Source: an uncultured Candidatus Binatia bacterium
GTDB taxonomy: Bacteria > Desulfobacterota > Binatia > UBA9968 > CAXXLF01
Direction: 5' to 3'
Length of the DNA stretch: 64,000 bases
NCBI GenBank assembly: GCA_965218425.1
Contig: OZ244621.1
Location: 1,824,001-1,888,000 of the forward strand
Numbering within the stretch: position 1 is the first letter of the stretch; each line of letters begins with the position of its first letter. The notes beneath the pieces are model-generated. The model saw only the letters and a list, made by a program, of their open reading frames with translations, was not told the origin of the DNA and ran no database searches. A program made the position numbers and the translations under genes. This document shows, piece by piece, positions 1-8,622 of the stretch.

Positions 1-506
1 GGTTTTTGTCGCGTTTGATGAGTGCGCCGATTTCACGGGGTTCCATTCTCGTTGGCCGGTTTCTGGCGGTGAATATCAATACCCTGGTTCAATGTCTTCT
101 CATTCTAATCTTGGGCCTTTTCTTTGGCGTCCGAATTGCGACTGGGGTTAGCGGGGTCTTTGCCGTTCTACTCATAAGTGTGCTTCTTGGGTTTGGAGTG
201 ACCGTGATCTCTTTAGTTCTTGCATTTGTTGTGGACAGTCACGGAGATTTTTTTGCGGTGATGGGTATCACGGTGCTGCCCCTTACCTTTCTTTCGAGTG
301 CCTTCGTGCCTCTTGAATCGATGCCTGCGTGGATGAGGATGCTGGCGTGGGTGAATCCTGTGACCTACGCAGTGGATGGGATGCGGTCGTTGATCCTTAG
401 CGGGTGGAACGGTCCTTCCTTGCTGCGTATTGTGATCGGGCTCCTTGTCTTTGACGTAGTGATGTTTTTGCTCGGGAGTAGGGTCCTGCGCCGACACCTC
501 GCATAG
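1..506 (+). CDS. ABC-2 type transporter permease (5' truncated by window edge)
   Basis: Multiple hydrophobic TM segments; FLSSAFVPLESMPAWM..NPVTYAVDGMR motif typical of ABC-2 permeases; frame open to window start. Confidence 0.9.
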   Translation, partial: FLSRLMSAPISRGSILVGRFLAVNINTLVQCLLILILGLFFGVRIATGVSGVFAVLLISVLLGFGVTVISLVLAFVVDSHGDFFAVMGITVLPLTFLSSAFVPLESMPAWMRMLAWVNPVTYAVDGMRSLILSGWNGPSLLRIVIGLLVFDVVMFLLGSRVLRRHLA

Positions 507-743
507 ATCCCGTAACTCACGCTTCACGGCTGGTTAAATTACCATTCAATTGAGGATCAGCCCATAAAATTGATAAACTAAGCCGCCTTTTCGCGTGGGG
601 CAAAAGGGAAAAGGAGGAAACAGGAAGAAAGTCATTTTCGCTCCACTGCTTGTAGCCTTGCTTATGGGGACTTTATGATAGGTTGCCATGGAATTTTAAA
701 AGGGAAGGGAAAAACTTAACTGAGTTTGCTGTGAAATACCCTA

Positions 744-1340
744 TCAATGACCCTGGCGTCTCATCTCAAATCTGCTTTCCGCTCCGGATAGGATTCGTTG
801 GATATTTTCCCGATGGCGCACAATAATGAGTAAGGCCATAAACAGGCTCATCCAGATGTAGGAGGGCTCATGGGTGAAGTACCAAAAGAGCGGTGGGGCT
901 AATGCCGCTGCGCAGATAGAACCGAGAGAGACCCAACGGGTGGCCAGGACAATGACCAAGAATGCCAGGGCGAGGTACCCGGCGATCAAAGGATCGAGAC
1001 CCGTGAGACACCCCAGTGCGGTAGCAACACCTTTCCCACCCTTAAATTTAAGAAACACCGGATAGAGATGGCCCAGGAAGGCTGCCAGAGCTGTCAGGAC
1101 GGAGATTTCAGGGTCAAAATCCGTCTGAACGGTGAGGAATACGGGTATGAAACCCTTACCCGCATCGGCCAAGAGGGTAACTAGTCCTGCCTTCCAGCCC
1201 ACTACTCTGCCCACGTTGGTGGCGCCAATATTGCCACTTCCCGCCCCACGAATATCGATTCCGGATACGGAGCTAAGAATGTAACCGGTTGGCACGGAAC
1301 CAATGAGGTAGGCAAGAACCAGGATCCATATGGAATGCAT
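744..1340 (-). CDS. plsY: Glycerol-3-phosphate 1-O-acyltransferase PlsY
   Basis: YLIGSVPTG, GSGNIGATNVGR, GHLYPVFLKFKGGKGVAT, RHRENIQR motifs. Confidence 0.97.
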   Translation of the reverse strand: MHSIWILVLAYLIGSVPTGYILSSVSGIDIRGAGSGNIGATNVGRVVGWKAGLVTLLADAGKGFIPVFLTVQTDFDPEISVLTALAAFLGHLYPVFLKFKGGKGVATALGCLTGLDPLIAGYLALAFLVIVLATRWVSLGSICAAALAPPLFWYFTHEPSYIWMSLFMALLIIVRHRENIQRILSGAESRFEMRRQGH

Positions 1341-1358
1341 CTGTGTTAGTGGCGCGCC

Positions 1359-2063
1359 CTAAAAACGGAGCCTTGTCCTTTTGATGCGATCCCTTCGCAA
1401 ATAATAGTTTCCCCCGAGGATCCAGCCTAAGATAAAAATGCAGCTGGGGGCTAGGATCCATCTCAGAATTCTCCAAAATCTCCATTGACCCCTTTGGACG
1501 GGAGTGGTTGTTTCGATCTCGCGGGGTGCCACTGCGAGAGTCTCGGGAGGAGAACTTTCACTTTCAAGCAGGTTCGCCGGGGCTTCTTGTACCGGAACCT
1601 CTGCTTGAGTTTCTACAGGAGTGAGCGCGGGCTCTTGCGGCTGTTCTGAGACGGGCTTTTGCCCATCGGTATCGGGTTGAGATTGCGGGGTGGATTCTTC
1701 TAGGGAGACTTCCATGGTGGGCGTTGGCAGGGTGCCCTCGGTAGCCGTCTCTAACGGTTCTTCTTTTCCTGGAAGAAATCGGACGAACTCGGCATAAACG
1801 TAACCCTTCAAGCCATCGGGCAGGGAGACCTGGTACCAACTCCCCTCCAGCTTCTCTACTTTGACTTCTTCCCCGTTGTTGAGGATGGTGACGGGGGGGT
1901 GGCTGATACTCGGCCCGGAGCGTAGATTGACCTGACTGGCCCCGGCAACCTTTGCCCACCTTTCAGTCGTTTCGGTCAGAGCCTGACCTTTGGACGGGAA
2001 AAAGGTGAGGAGCAGGATAAGAGAAAGAAAGCCCACACTCGAGTTTAAGCAGGCTGCAGCCAC
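1359..2063 (-). CDS. SH3 domain-containing exported protein with C-terminal TM anchor (start uncertain; GTG at 2063 chosen)
   Basis: Signal-like hydrophobic N-terminus; VNLRSGPS..WYQV..GYVYAEFV bacterial SH3 motif; Pro/Glu/Thr linker; TM helix and basic tail. Confidence 0.8.
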   Translation of the reverse strand: MAAACLNSSVGFLSLILLLTFFPSKGQALTETTERWAKVAGASQVNLRSGPSISHPPVTILNNGEEVKVEKLEGSWYQVSLPDGLKGYVYAEFVRFLPGKEEPLETATEGTLPTPTMEVSLEESTPQSQPDTDGQKPVSEQPQEPALTPVETQAEVPVQEAPANLLESESSPPETLAVAPREIETTTPVQRGQWRFWRILRWILAPSCIFILGWILGGNYYLRRDRIKRTRLRF

Positions 2064-2097
2064 GTTAAATAGTCGTTTGTCGGGAGAGGGACTAGGC

Positions 2098-3195
2098 CTA
2101 AGAATTCTTCTTATAAACCTCCGGGTCCATCTGACTTTTGATCCCTGACTTGGCCAGTTCCTCTTCAAACATCCGCCTGATGGACGGGTCCTGGTCGCAA
2201 TATTCGATTTGATCCCCACCCGCTTTCACGTCTTTGTCCACTTTGGAGATATCACCAAACATCCCCGGCCCCATGCTGTGTTTGATGGCGCCGAAACGGA
2301 GCGGAAGGTAGCGGGCCGGAGTCGATGACGTATTGAAATGTTGGTGAAACCACATTTCGGGAGGGACGAACACGCTGCCGTCCTTCCAATCACACCTCTT
2401 GATGGTCTTGCCTTCCTGCCACAGCAGAGAGAATCCCCTACCTCCGATGATGATGACGTTGAATCCCGGACCATGGCGGTGTGCTTTTTTATACGTGCCC
2501 ACTGGAAACTCCGAGATATGGGCAGCCATAACCCCGTCCGCCAATTCCAACATGACATTCTTGCCGGCTGCGCCGCGCTCTTTCCATTCTTGGAGCTTGA
2601 AACTCCGGGCGTCGGAAATAAAGTTGGTTTCCCAAATTCGGCCCGGGTGGGAGGTGCCTTTTCCGCTGAAATAATCGGCCTCTCCGTTGAAGCGGTCGGT
2701 AAAATCGAAAGGCGTGTTGTAGATAAACCCGTCGTTATGGAAGAGGTTGAAGATGATGGGCATGTTGTTGACGGAGAAGAACCGTGCGGGTTCGCCTCCT
2801 TGCCCGTTGAAATGCTGATGGGACGTGTTGAGCGGTATGGAAACCAGGCTTCCTTCCTGCCACTCAAAAGTCTGTTTAGCCCCCTTGTCATTCCAGAGGG
2901 TCGTGGCACCGCGCCCCCGTACCACGTAGAGGAGCTCCTCAAAAATATGTCTGATGGGTTTGGTGCTCTTCCCGGGTGCGATTTCGCAAATGTAAGAGCC
3001 CGTGGCCTGCCCCGCCCCTTCCATATTTACAAACGCTGCCGGTTGGCCGATTCGGTCCCATTGGTCCAAGGGGACCTCTTTTAGGTCGGGGATAAAAAAG
3101 GAATCAAGGATGGGAATCCCTTCCTTTTTTTGCCACTTTTCATAGTAAGGGACGCTGTCCATGATGCTTTCGGTTTTAGCAGCCGGCTTAGCCAT
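2098..3195 (-). CDS. Bicupin domain protein (gentisate-dioxygenase-like fold, function unknown)
   Basis: Two cupin motif sets (RHIFEELLYV..HQHFN; AHRHGP..HQHFN); ATG 3195 follows GGAGGA SD. Confidence 0.8.
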   Translation of the reverse strand: MAKPAAKTESIMDSVPYYEKWQKKEGIPILDSFFIPDLKEVPLDQWDRIGQPAAFVNMEGAGQATGSYICEIAPGKSTKPIRHIFEELLYVVRGRGATTLWNDKGAKQTFEWQEGSLVSIPLNTSHQHFNGQGGEPARFFSVNNMPIIFNLFHNDGFIYNTPFDFTDRFNGEADYFSGKGTSHPGRIWETNFISDARSFKLQEWKERGAAGKNVMLELADGVMAAHISEFPVGTYKKAHRHGPGFNVIIIGGRGFSLLWQEGKTIKRCDWKDGSVFVPPEMWFHQHFNTSSTPARYLPLRFGAIKHSMGPGMFGDISKVDKDVKAGGDQIEYCDQDPSIRRMFEEELAKSGIKSQMDPEVYKKNS

Positions 3196-3348
3196 TTTAT
3201 CCTCCAATTTCAGTTACCTCATATCGCAGAACAGGGGCAAAAGCAAGGCGAGGAACGGTCGGCTATTTGACAACACATGGAAACTATTACTATATAGCAG
3301 ATGTCCTCGCTCGAGTGGCAGCCAACCGGATTCCAAGGAGATAATAAA

Positions 3349-3564
3349 TTGGCAAGTTCCGTTGAAGCGCCCATGGTTGGGAAAATCTTTAAAATCGAAA
3401 AACAAGTGGGAGACGCCGTGGAGGAGGACGATGTGGTGATTGTGATGGAGGCCATGAAAATGGAAATACCCGTAGTGGCCTCGAGCTCTGGCAAGATCAA
3501 AGAGATTAAAGTCTCCACCGGGCAGGCTGTGGAGGCAGGGGATATCTTGGCTGAGATCGATTAG
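3349..3564 (+). CDS. Biotin carboxyl carrier protein (biotin/lipoyl attachment domain)
   Basis: EAMKME biotinylation motif, APMVGKI; TTG start after AAGGAG SD. Confidence 0.92.
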   Translation: MASSVEAPMVGKIFKIEKQVGDAVEEDDVVIVMEAMKMEIPVVASSSGKIKEIKVSTGQAVEAGDILAEID

Positions 3565-3599
3565 CAATCTTTCCGTTGCTTGGCGGTTGTAGGGAAGAG

Positions 3600-3740
3600 A
3601 TGGACATCTGGACCTTTGGATTGACGGTGGCCCTGGTGGGCGGGGGCGGGACGGTGGCGGTCCTGTGGCTATTGAGTGTCCTTGTGCTGCTGCTCAAGAA
3701 GGTCTTTCCGGCTTCGGAACCCCCCTCCAAAAAAGGTTGA
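3600..3740 (+). CDS. OadG-like small membrane (gamma/delta) subunit of Na+-translocating decarboxylase, 46 aa
   Basis: Hand translation MDIWTFGLTVALVGGGGTVAVLWLLSVLVLLLKKVFPASEPPSKKG*; single TM helix; lies between biotin carrier and beta subunit; not in ORF track. Confidence 0.8.
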   Translation: MDIWTFGLTVALVGGGGTVAVLWLLSVLVLLLKKVFPASEPPSKKG

Positions 3741-3945
3741 CCCCGATCCGGCAAAACTAGGCGGGCTATATGGAATCTTGGGCCAGACATTTCGGCCGTC
3801 GCCGGTATTTTGATTGTAAGACCGTAATTACACTGAAGGTGAACTATCCATTTTTGAACAAACAGATCTGGAGCCCCATCCAATGCCTAGTGGGGAATGA
3901 TTTCTTGAACCGATTAACGTCGGATCGGGGTTAAAAAAACGATTC

Positions 3946-5085
3946 ATGGAAGAGGCGATCCTCTCTGGAATTCAGGGTCTATTCGACGGCATTTTGCACC
4001 TCGAGTTAGGTCAAGTCATCATGCTGCTCATCGGGTCCCTGCTGCTGTTTCTCGGGATCCGCAAGGGTTTTGAACCCTTGCTCCTTGTCCCCATCGGATT
4101 TGGCGCCATTCTGGTTAATATCCCTTTGGCGGGTCTTATGGAGGAAGACGGCATGCTCCGTTTCTTCTACAACACCGGGATCCGTACCGAGATCTTCCCC
4201 ATCCTCATTTTTATAGGCATTGGTGCCATGACGGATTTCGGCCCGCTGCTTGAGAATCCCAAAATTATTCTTCTCGGCGCCGCGGGACAGTTTGGCATCT
4301 TTCTTACGTTGCTGTTGGCGTTGGCTGTGGGATTTAACAAACTGGATGCGGTGGCAGTAGCCATCATCGGCGCTTGTGACGGACCCACGGCCATCTATGT
4401 AAGCTCGAAGTACGCCCCCCATCTCCTTGGGGCCGTTTCTGTGGCGGCTTATTCTTATATGTCTTTGGTTCCCTTAATTCAGCCGCCCATAATGCGGCTC
4501 CTCACCACCCAGCGGGAAAAGACGATTATCATGGGCATGGAACGACGGCCGGTATCAAAGACTACCAAGATCCTTTTCCCCGTCGTGGTGACGGTGGCGG
4601 CCTCTCTAATTGCCCCCAAGGGGACACCCCTCATTGGAATGCTCATGTTGGGAAACCTCCTTCGTGAGTCGGGCGTGGTGGAACGGTTAAGACATACTTC
4701 CGAAAACGAGATCACCAACATCGTGACCCTCCTTCTAGGTCTCTCCATTGGGGCCACCATGGAGGCCGATCAGTTCCTGAAATGGCAAACCATCACGGTG
4801 CTGATCCTGGGCTTCATTGCCATAGCACTGGACACCGTCATGGGAGTCCTGTTTGGCAAGCTGATGTGCTTTCTCACTCGAGGCAAGATCAATCCGCTGA
4901 TTGGCGCGGCAGGGATCTCTGCCTTTCCCATGGCGGCGCGGGTGGTGCAGTTTGAGGGACAGAGGTACAATAAGAAGAATCATCTTTTGATGCATGCCAT
5001 GAGCGCAAATGCGGGGGGACAGATCGGATCTGTGATCGCCGCGGCCATCATGCTTTCAGTACTGACAGGGATGGGGATCATTTGA
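3946..5085 (+). CDS. oadB: Na+-translocating decarboxylase beta subunit (OadB/MmdB/GcdB family)
   Basis: FEPLLLVPIGFGAILVNIP, GIGAMTDFGPLL, IIGACDGPTAIY, AAYSYMSLVPLIQPP, NPLIGAAGISAFPMAARV. Confidence 0.95.
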   Translation: MEEAILSGIQGLFDGILHLELGQVIMLLIGSLLLFLGIRKGFEPLLLVPIGFGAILVNIPLAGLMEEDGMLRFFYNTGIRTEIFPILIFIGIGAMTDFGPLLENPKIILLGAAGQFGIFLTLLLALAVGFNKLDAVAVAIIGACDGPTAIYVSSKYAPHLLGAVSVAAYSYMSLVPLIQPPIMRLLTTQREKTIIMGMERRPVSKTTKILFPVVVTVAASLIAPKGTPLIGMLMLGNLLRESGVVERLRHTSENEITNIVTLLLGLSIGATMEADQFLKWQTITVLILGFIAIALDTVMGVLFGKLMCFLTRGKINPLIGAAGISAFPMAARVVQFEGQRYNKKNHLLMHAMSANAGGQIGSVIAAAIMLSVLTGMGII

Positions 5086-5107
5086 AGCCGTGACCAGTGA
5101 GTGGATC

Positions 5108-6655
5108 ATGGAAAGTCGTGAATTAGAAAAAAAACTTTCCCAAATGGAAAAGAAAGTCTTGGAAGGAGATCCTAAGGCTGTAGAAAAACAACACGATGAG
5201 GGCAAGCTCACCGCCAGGGAGAGGATCGAAATTTTGTTGGATCCGGGGAGTTTCGTTGAGGAGTTCATGTTAGCGGAGACCCAGTGCAGCGACTTTGGGA
5301 TGGCGGAAAAGAGACGGCCCACGGATGGAGTGGTGGCGGGTTACGGCAAGATAGAGCAACGGGCGGTCTATGTTTTTGCCCAAGACCGTACGGTGCTGGC
5401 GGGAGCGGTGGGCAGTGCCCACGCCGAAAAGATTGCCTATGTGATCCAGACGGCGCGTCGGCTCGGCGTTCCACTTGTTGGCCTATACGATTCCGTTGGA
5501 GCTCGGATACAAGAAGGGCTTAGCGTGACAACGGCCATTGGAAAGATCTTTTTCGAAAACAGTATTACGTCCGGGGCCGTTCCCCAGATCTCGGCAATTA
5601 TGGGTCCTTGCATTGGGGTGGCCTCCTACGCGCCGGCCCTCACGGACTTCGTGGTCATGGTGCAGGGGACTAGCCAGATGTTCATCACAGGGCCCCCGGT
5701 GATCAAGGAAGTTCTTGGGGAAGAGGTTACCATGGAGGAGTTGGGTGGAGCGAAGATCCACTCCGAAGTCTCCGGAGTAGCAGATTTGATAGCCAAGAAC
5801 GATCAGGATTGTCTGGCCCTGCTTCGCAGGCTGTTGAGTTTTCTTCCGTCCAATTGCCAATCGAGCCCACCCTCGAATGGCTCACGGCAGGATTCAGGCC
5901 GCCTTCTCGAAGGTATCGCCAAGATCGTTCCAGAAGACATGCGTAAGGCCTACAACGTCCTTCAGGTCATAAAGGCCATTGTCGATAACGGTGATTTTCT
6001 CGAGCTCAAGGGAAAGTTTGCGCGCAATTTGGTAATAGGGTTGGGACGGCTCGACGGTTTTCCGGTGGGTTTCGTGGCGAACCAACCTATGTTTCTCGCC
6101 GGCAGTCTTGACGTGGACGCCTCGGATAAGGCTGCGCGCTTTATCCGTTTTTGCGACGCATTTAACATTCCCATTGTCACCTTGATGGATGTCCCGGGAT
6201 TCTTTCCAGGAAAGCAACAGGAGGAGAGGGGAATCATTCGTCACGGGGCAAAACTCCTGTACGCCTATGCGGAAGCCACGGTGCCGAAGACTACCGTTGT
6301 GCTTCGCAAGGGCTACGGAGGAGCCAAGCAAGCCATGTGTACCCGCGAGATGGGTGCCGACCAGTTCTTCGTATGGCCGGGAGTGGAGTTGGCAGTGATG
6401 GGTGGAGGAGGTGCGGTGAACGTTATCTATCGCCGGGAGATCCAGGAATCAAAGGACCCGGAAAAGACGAGACGTGAAAAGATGGAGGAGTATGCACAGA
6501 GATTTAGCGGCCCCTTCGAAGCCCTGTCTAAGCAGTTTGCCCACGCAGCCATTCGACCAGAAGAGACGCGGACCCGTTTGATACAGGCTTTCGAAGTCCT
6601 TCGTGAAAAGAAGGAGGAGAGGCCGAAGAAGAAACACGGGTTAATGCCGGTCTAA
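5108..6655 (+). CDS. Acyl-CoA carboxyltransferase subunit (MmdA/PccB-like)
   Basis: GKLTARERI..LLDPGSF, GARIQEG, MFITGP, FIRFCDAFNIP, DVPGF, KKHGLMPV; start 5090 or 5108. Confidence 0.93.
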   Translation: MESRELEKKLSQMEKKVLEGDPKAVEKQHDEGKLTARERIEILLDPGSFVEEFMLAETQCSDFGMAEKRRPTDGVVAGYGKIEQRAVYVFAQDRTVLAGAVGSAHAEKIAYVIQTARRLGVPLVGLYDSVGARIQEGLSVTTAIGKIFFENSITSGAVPQISAIMGPCIGVASYAPALTDFVVMVQGTSQMFITGPPVIKEVLGEEVTMEELGGAKIHSEVSGVADLIAKNDQDCLALLRRLLSFLPSNCQSSPPSNGSRQDSGRLLEGIAKIVPEDMRKAYNVLQVIKAIVDNGDFLELKGKFARNLVIGLGRLDGFPVGFVANQPMFLAGSLDVDASDKAARFIRFCDAFNIPIVTLMDVPGFFPGKQQEERGIIRHGAKLLYAYAEATVPKTTVVLRKGYGGAKQAMCTREMGADQFFVWPGVELAVMGGGGAVNVIYRREIQESKDPEKTRREKMEEYAQRFSGPFEALSKQFAHAAIRPEETRTRLIQAFEVLREKKEERPKKKHGLMPV

Positions 6656-6884
6656 ACGCGGCTAAATCGTTCTCTAATAACTTAACCGCAGAGTTGTGCC
6701 GATTTTTGTAGATACTTGGCAGCAATGAGCATAGCGTATAGCGTCCTTGCGGGTTCGGAACCACTGACTACCGACTACAGAATTTAGAAAGACAGTAAGC
6801 AATCAGCGGTTGCTTATCTGCGTGAATCCGCGGTTAGTAGCTTTGACGCTTTACCGCAGTTCTTTGCCAAGACTTTATAGATGG

Positions 6885-7307
6885 TCACTTTGGAGTCGAC
6901 TCGCTTTTGGGTCGGGTAATGATGGCAAGCCGATGAAGACCGGCCGTTCGTGCCTGATCCATGACCCAAACCACCGTGCCATGCGTGATCCGTTCATCGG
7001 CTTGGATGAGGACCTGAATCTCATCGTTTAATTGTGCCACTTCTGCGAGGTGTTTCGCCAGGTCGTCTCTTTGCACGGGCTTCTCGTTGATATAGAGCCG
7101 TTTGTCAGAGGTAATGACGATGCGCAGATCCTTTTCTTGACGCGCGATCTCTTGGGCGGTGGATTTGGGCAGGTTCACTCGAATCCCTGGGGTTGAAATA
7201 AAATTTAGGGACAGGGCAAAAAAGATCAGTAAATTAAAAACCGTATCCACAAAGGGAGCGATGTCTATGAAGCTGCCTTGGGTCTTCTGCGGGGTTCGAA
7301 AGCGCAT
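6885..7307 (-). CDS. exbD: Biopolymer transport protein ExbD/TolR
   Basis: IDIAPFVDTVFNLLIFF TM motif, VNLP, IQADERITHGTVVWVMD; ATG 7307 directly after the exbB-family gene. Confidence 0.9.
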   Translation of the reverse strand: MRFRTPQKTQGSFIDIAPFVDTVFNLLIFFALSLNFISTPGIRVNLPKSTAQEIARQEKDLRIVITSDKRLYINEKPVQRDDLAKHLAEVAQLNDEIQVLIQADERITHGTVVWVMDQARTAGLHRLAIITRPKSESTPK

Positions 7308-7308
7308 C

Positions 7309-7923
7309 TCACTCGTTTTCGTCTTTTTGCTTGAGGAGGTCCACCAAGCGGATGGAATGCTCTTCCATTTGTAGAATAAGAGCTTGAGTTTTGCTTTGTA
7401 GGTACTTGTGCATGACAAGAGTTGGGATAGCTACGCTCAAGCCGGCGTAGGTGGTGATGAGGGCCTGCGAGATCCCGCCGGCAAGGGAGCCGGGGTTGAC
7501 CACCGTCTGAGATGAAATGACCGAGAAGATTTGAATCATGCCTGATATGGTTCCCAACAACCCTAGCAGAGTGCTGACTCCTGCAATGGTTCCCAATCCT
7601 TCTACGAACCGTTCCAGGGAGGCGCTCTCCTGGCGGCCCACTTCCTCTAGGTATTCTTTGATGACTTCCCGTTTTCTGCCGAAGTTTTTGATCCCAACCA
7701 AAAGAATTCGAGCCATGGAGGAAGTGTTTTGCTGACAAAGCAGAGCGGCGTCGGGAAGTTTTTCTCCGCGAATGAGCTGCTCGACGTCACCAATGAAATC
7801 CTGTGGGATGACGAGTTTCCATCTTAGATTCCACAATCTCTCGATAAAAATGGCTAGGGCGGTAATGGAGCAGAGGAGGATCGGATACATGAAGATCCCC
7901 CCTTTGGTGAAGAAATCGACCAT
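7309..7923 (-). CDS. exbB: MotA/TolQ/ExbB proton channel family protein
   Basis: GGIFMYPILLCS, LGLLGTISGMI, LAGGISQALITTYAGLSVAIP. Confidence 0.9.
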   Translation of the reverse strand: MVDFFTKGGIFMYPILLCSITALAIFIERLWNLRWKLVIPQDFIGDVEQLIRGEKLPDAALLCQQNTSSMARILLVGIKNFGRKREVIKEYLEEVGRQESASLERFVEGLGTIAGVSTLLGLLGTISGMIQIFSVISSQTVVNPGSLAGGISQALITTYAGLSVAIPTLVMHKYLQSKTQALILQMEEHSIRLVDLLKQKDENE

Positions 7924-8173
7924 GTCTTACCTCATTGATCGCATGTTCGTAATTTATCTCAACATTTCGGTTATGGCAATAGATTAAGATGCGGTGGCAA
8001 GTCGGTTCCCGTCGAGGGGTTTGCCTCAGGGGCAGTCCTGGTACGGGTCTAAAACGCACTGCTATTTTTTAAAAGCCACAACTATTGAATCTGATGAATG
8101 AATAATAGCAGAAAGATTATGTGCTTCGCGAAATTCATTTTGAAAAAATGTTTTGTAAAATATCATTTTTTTC

Positions 8174-8203
8174 TTGACATACTATTTGTGGTGTAACTAT
8201 AAT
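8174..8203 (+). promoter_or_regulatory. Sigma70-type promoter TTGACA-N18-TATAAT
   Basis: Exact consensus -35 (8174-8179) and -10 (8198-8203) with an AT-rich upstream tract. Confidence 0.75.
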
Positions 8204-8320
8204 TAAAGTGTCTACAAAATGTGGGAGGGGTTTTAAACTAGGTTCTCTTCGCCTGAGCATTTAACTTTCCCTCGTTCTTTCGTAGATGCCCACTGGAGGC
8301 AATCTAGAAAGGAGGTGCCT

Positions 8321-8374
8321 ATGGCAGCGAAGAAGAAGGCAAAAGCGAAGAAGAAGGCAAAAAAGAAAAGATAA
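8321..8374 (+). CDS. 17-aa Lys/Ala-rich micro-peptide MAAKKKAKAKKKAKKKR
   Basis: ATG preceded by AAAGGAGGTG SD; downstream of a consensus promoter and upstream of a 14-bp hairpin. Confidence 0.6.
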   Translation: MAAKKKAKAKKKAKKKR

Positions 8375-8462
8375 TATTGTCTGTGATTGGATGTGGCGTG
8401 GTGGCGTTGGTTTGAACCCTCCATGATCTCAGGCGATAGGGCGGCTGTTCTGGCTACCCAAA

Positions 8463-8504
8463 GGTCAAGGCCCTTCAGTCATTCACGGCGGAAGGGCCTT
8501 GACC
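8463..8504 (+). terminator. Perfect 14-bp hairpin, probable terminator
   Basis: GGTCAAGGCCCTTC-N14-GAAGGGCCTTGACC followed by ATTTCT (weak U tract). Confidence 0.6.
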
Positions 8505-8622
8505 ATTTCTACCTTCCATTATTATCTCTTGCCGCGAACTTCCCTCGATCATCTCAATTCAATATTGTAGCAGAAATGAGGCGTGTCGTATTTTTCCTGT
8601 TGATGGCTATGGGTCAGGATCC

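Noticed and set aside
8233..8424. 63-aa minus-strand ORF with FFFAFFFAFAFFF
   Set aside because: Antisense of the Lys/Ala ORF; the promoter and SD are on the plus strand
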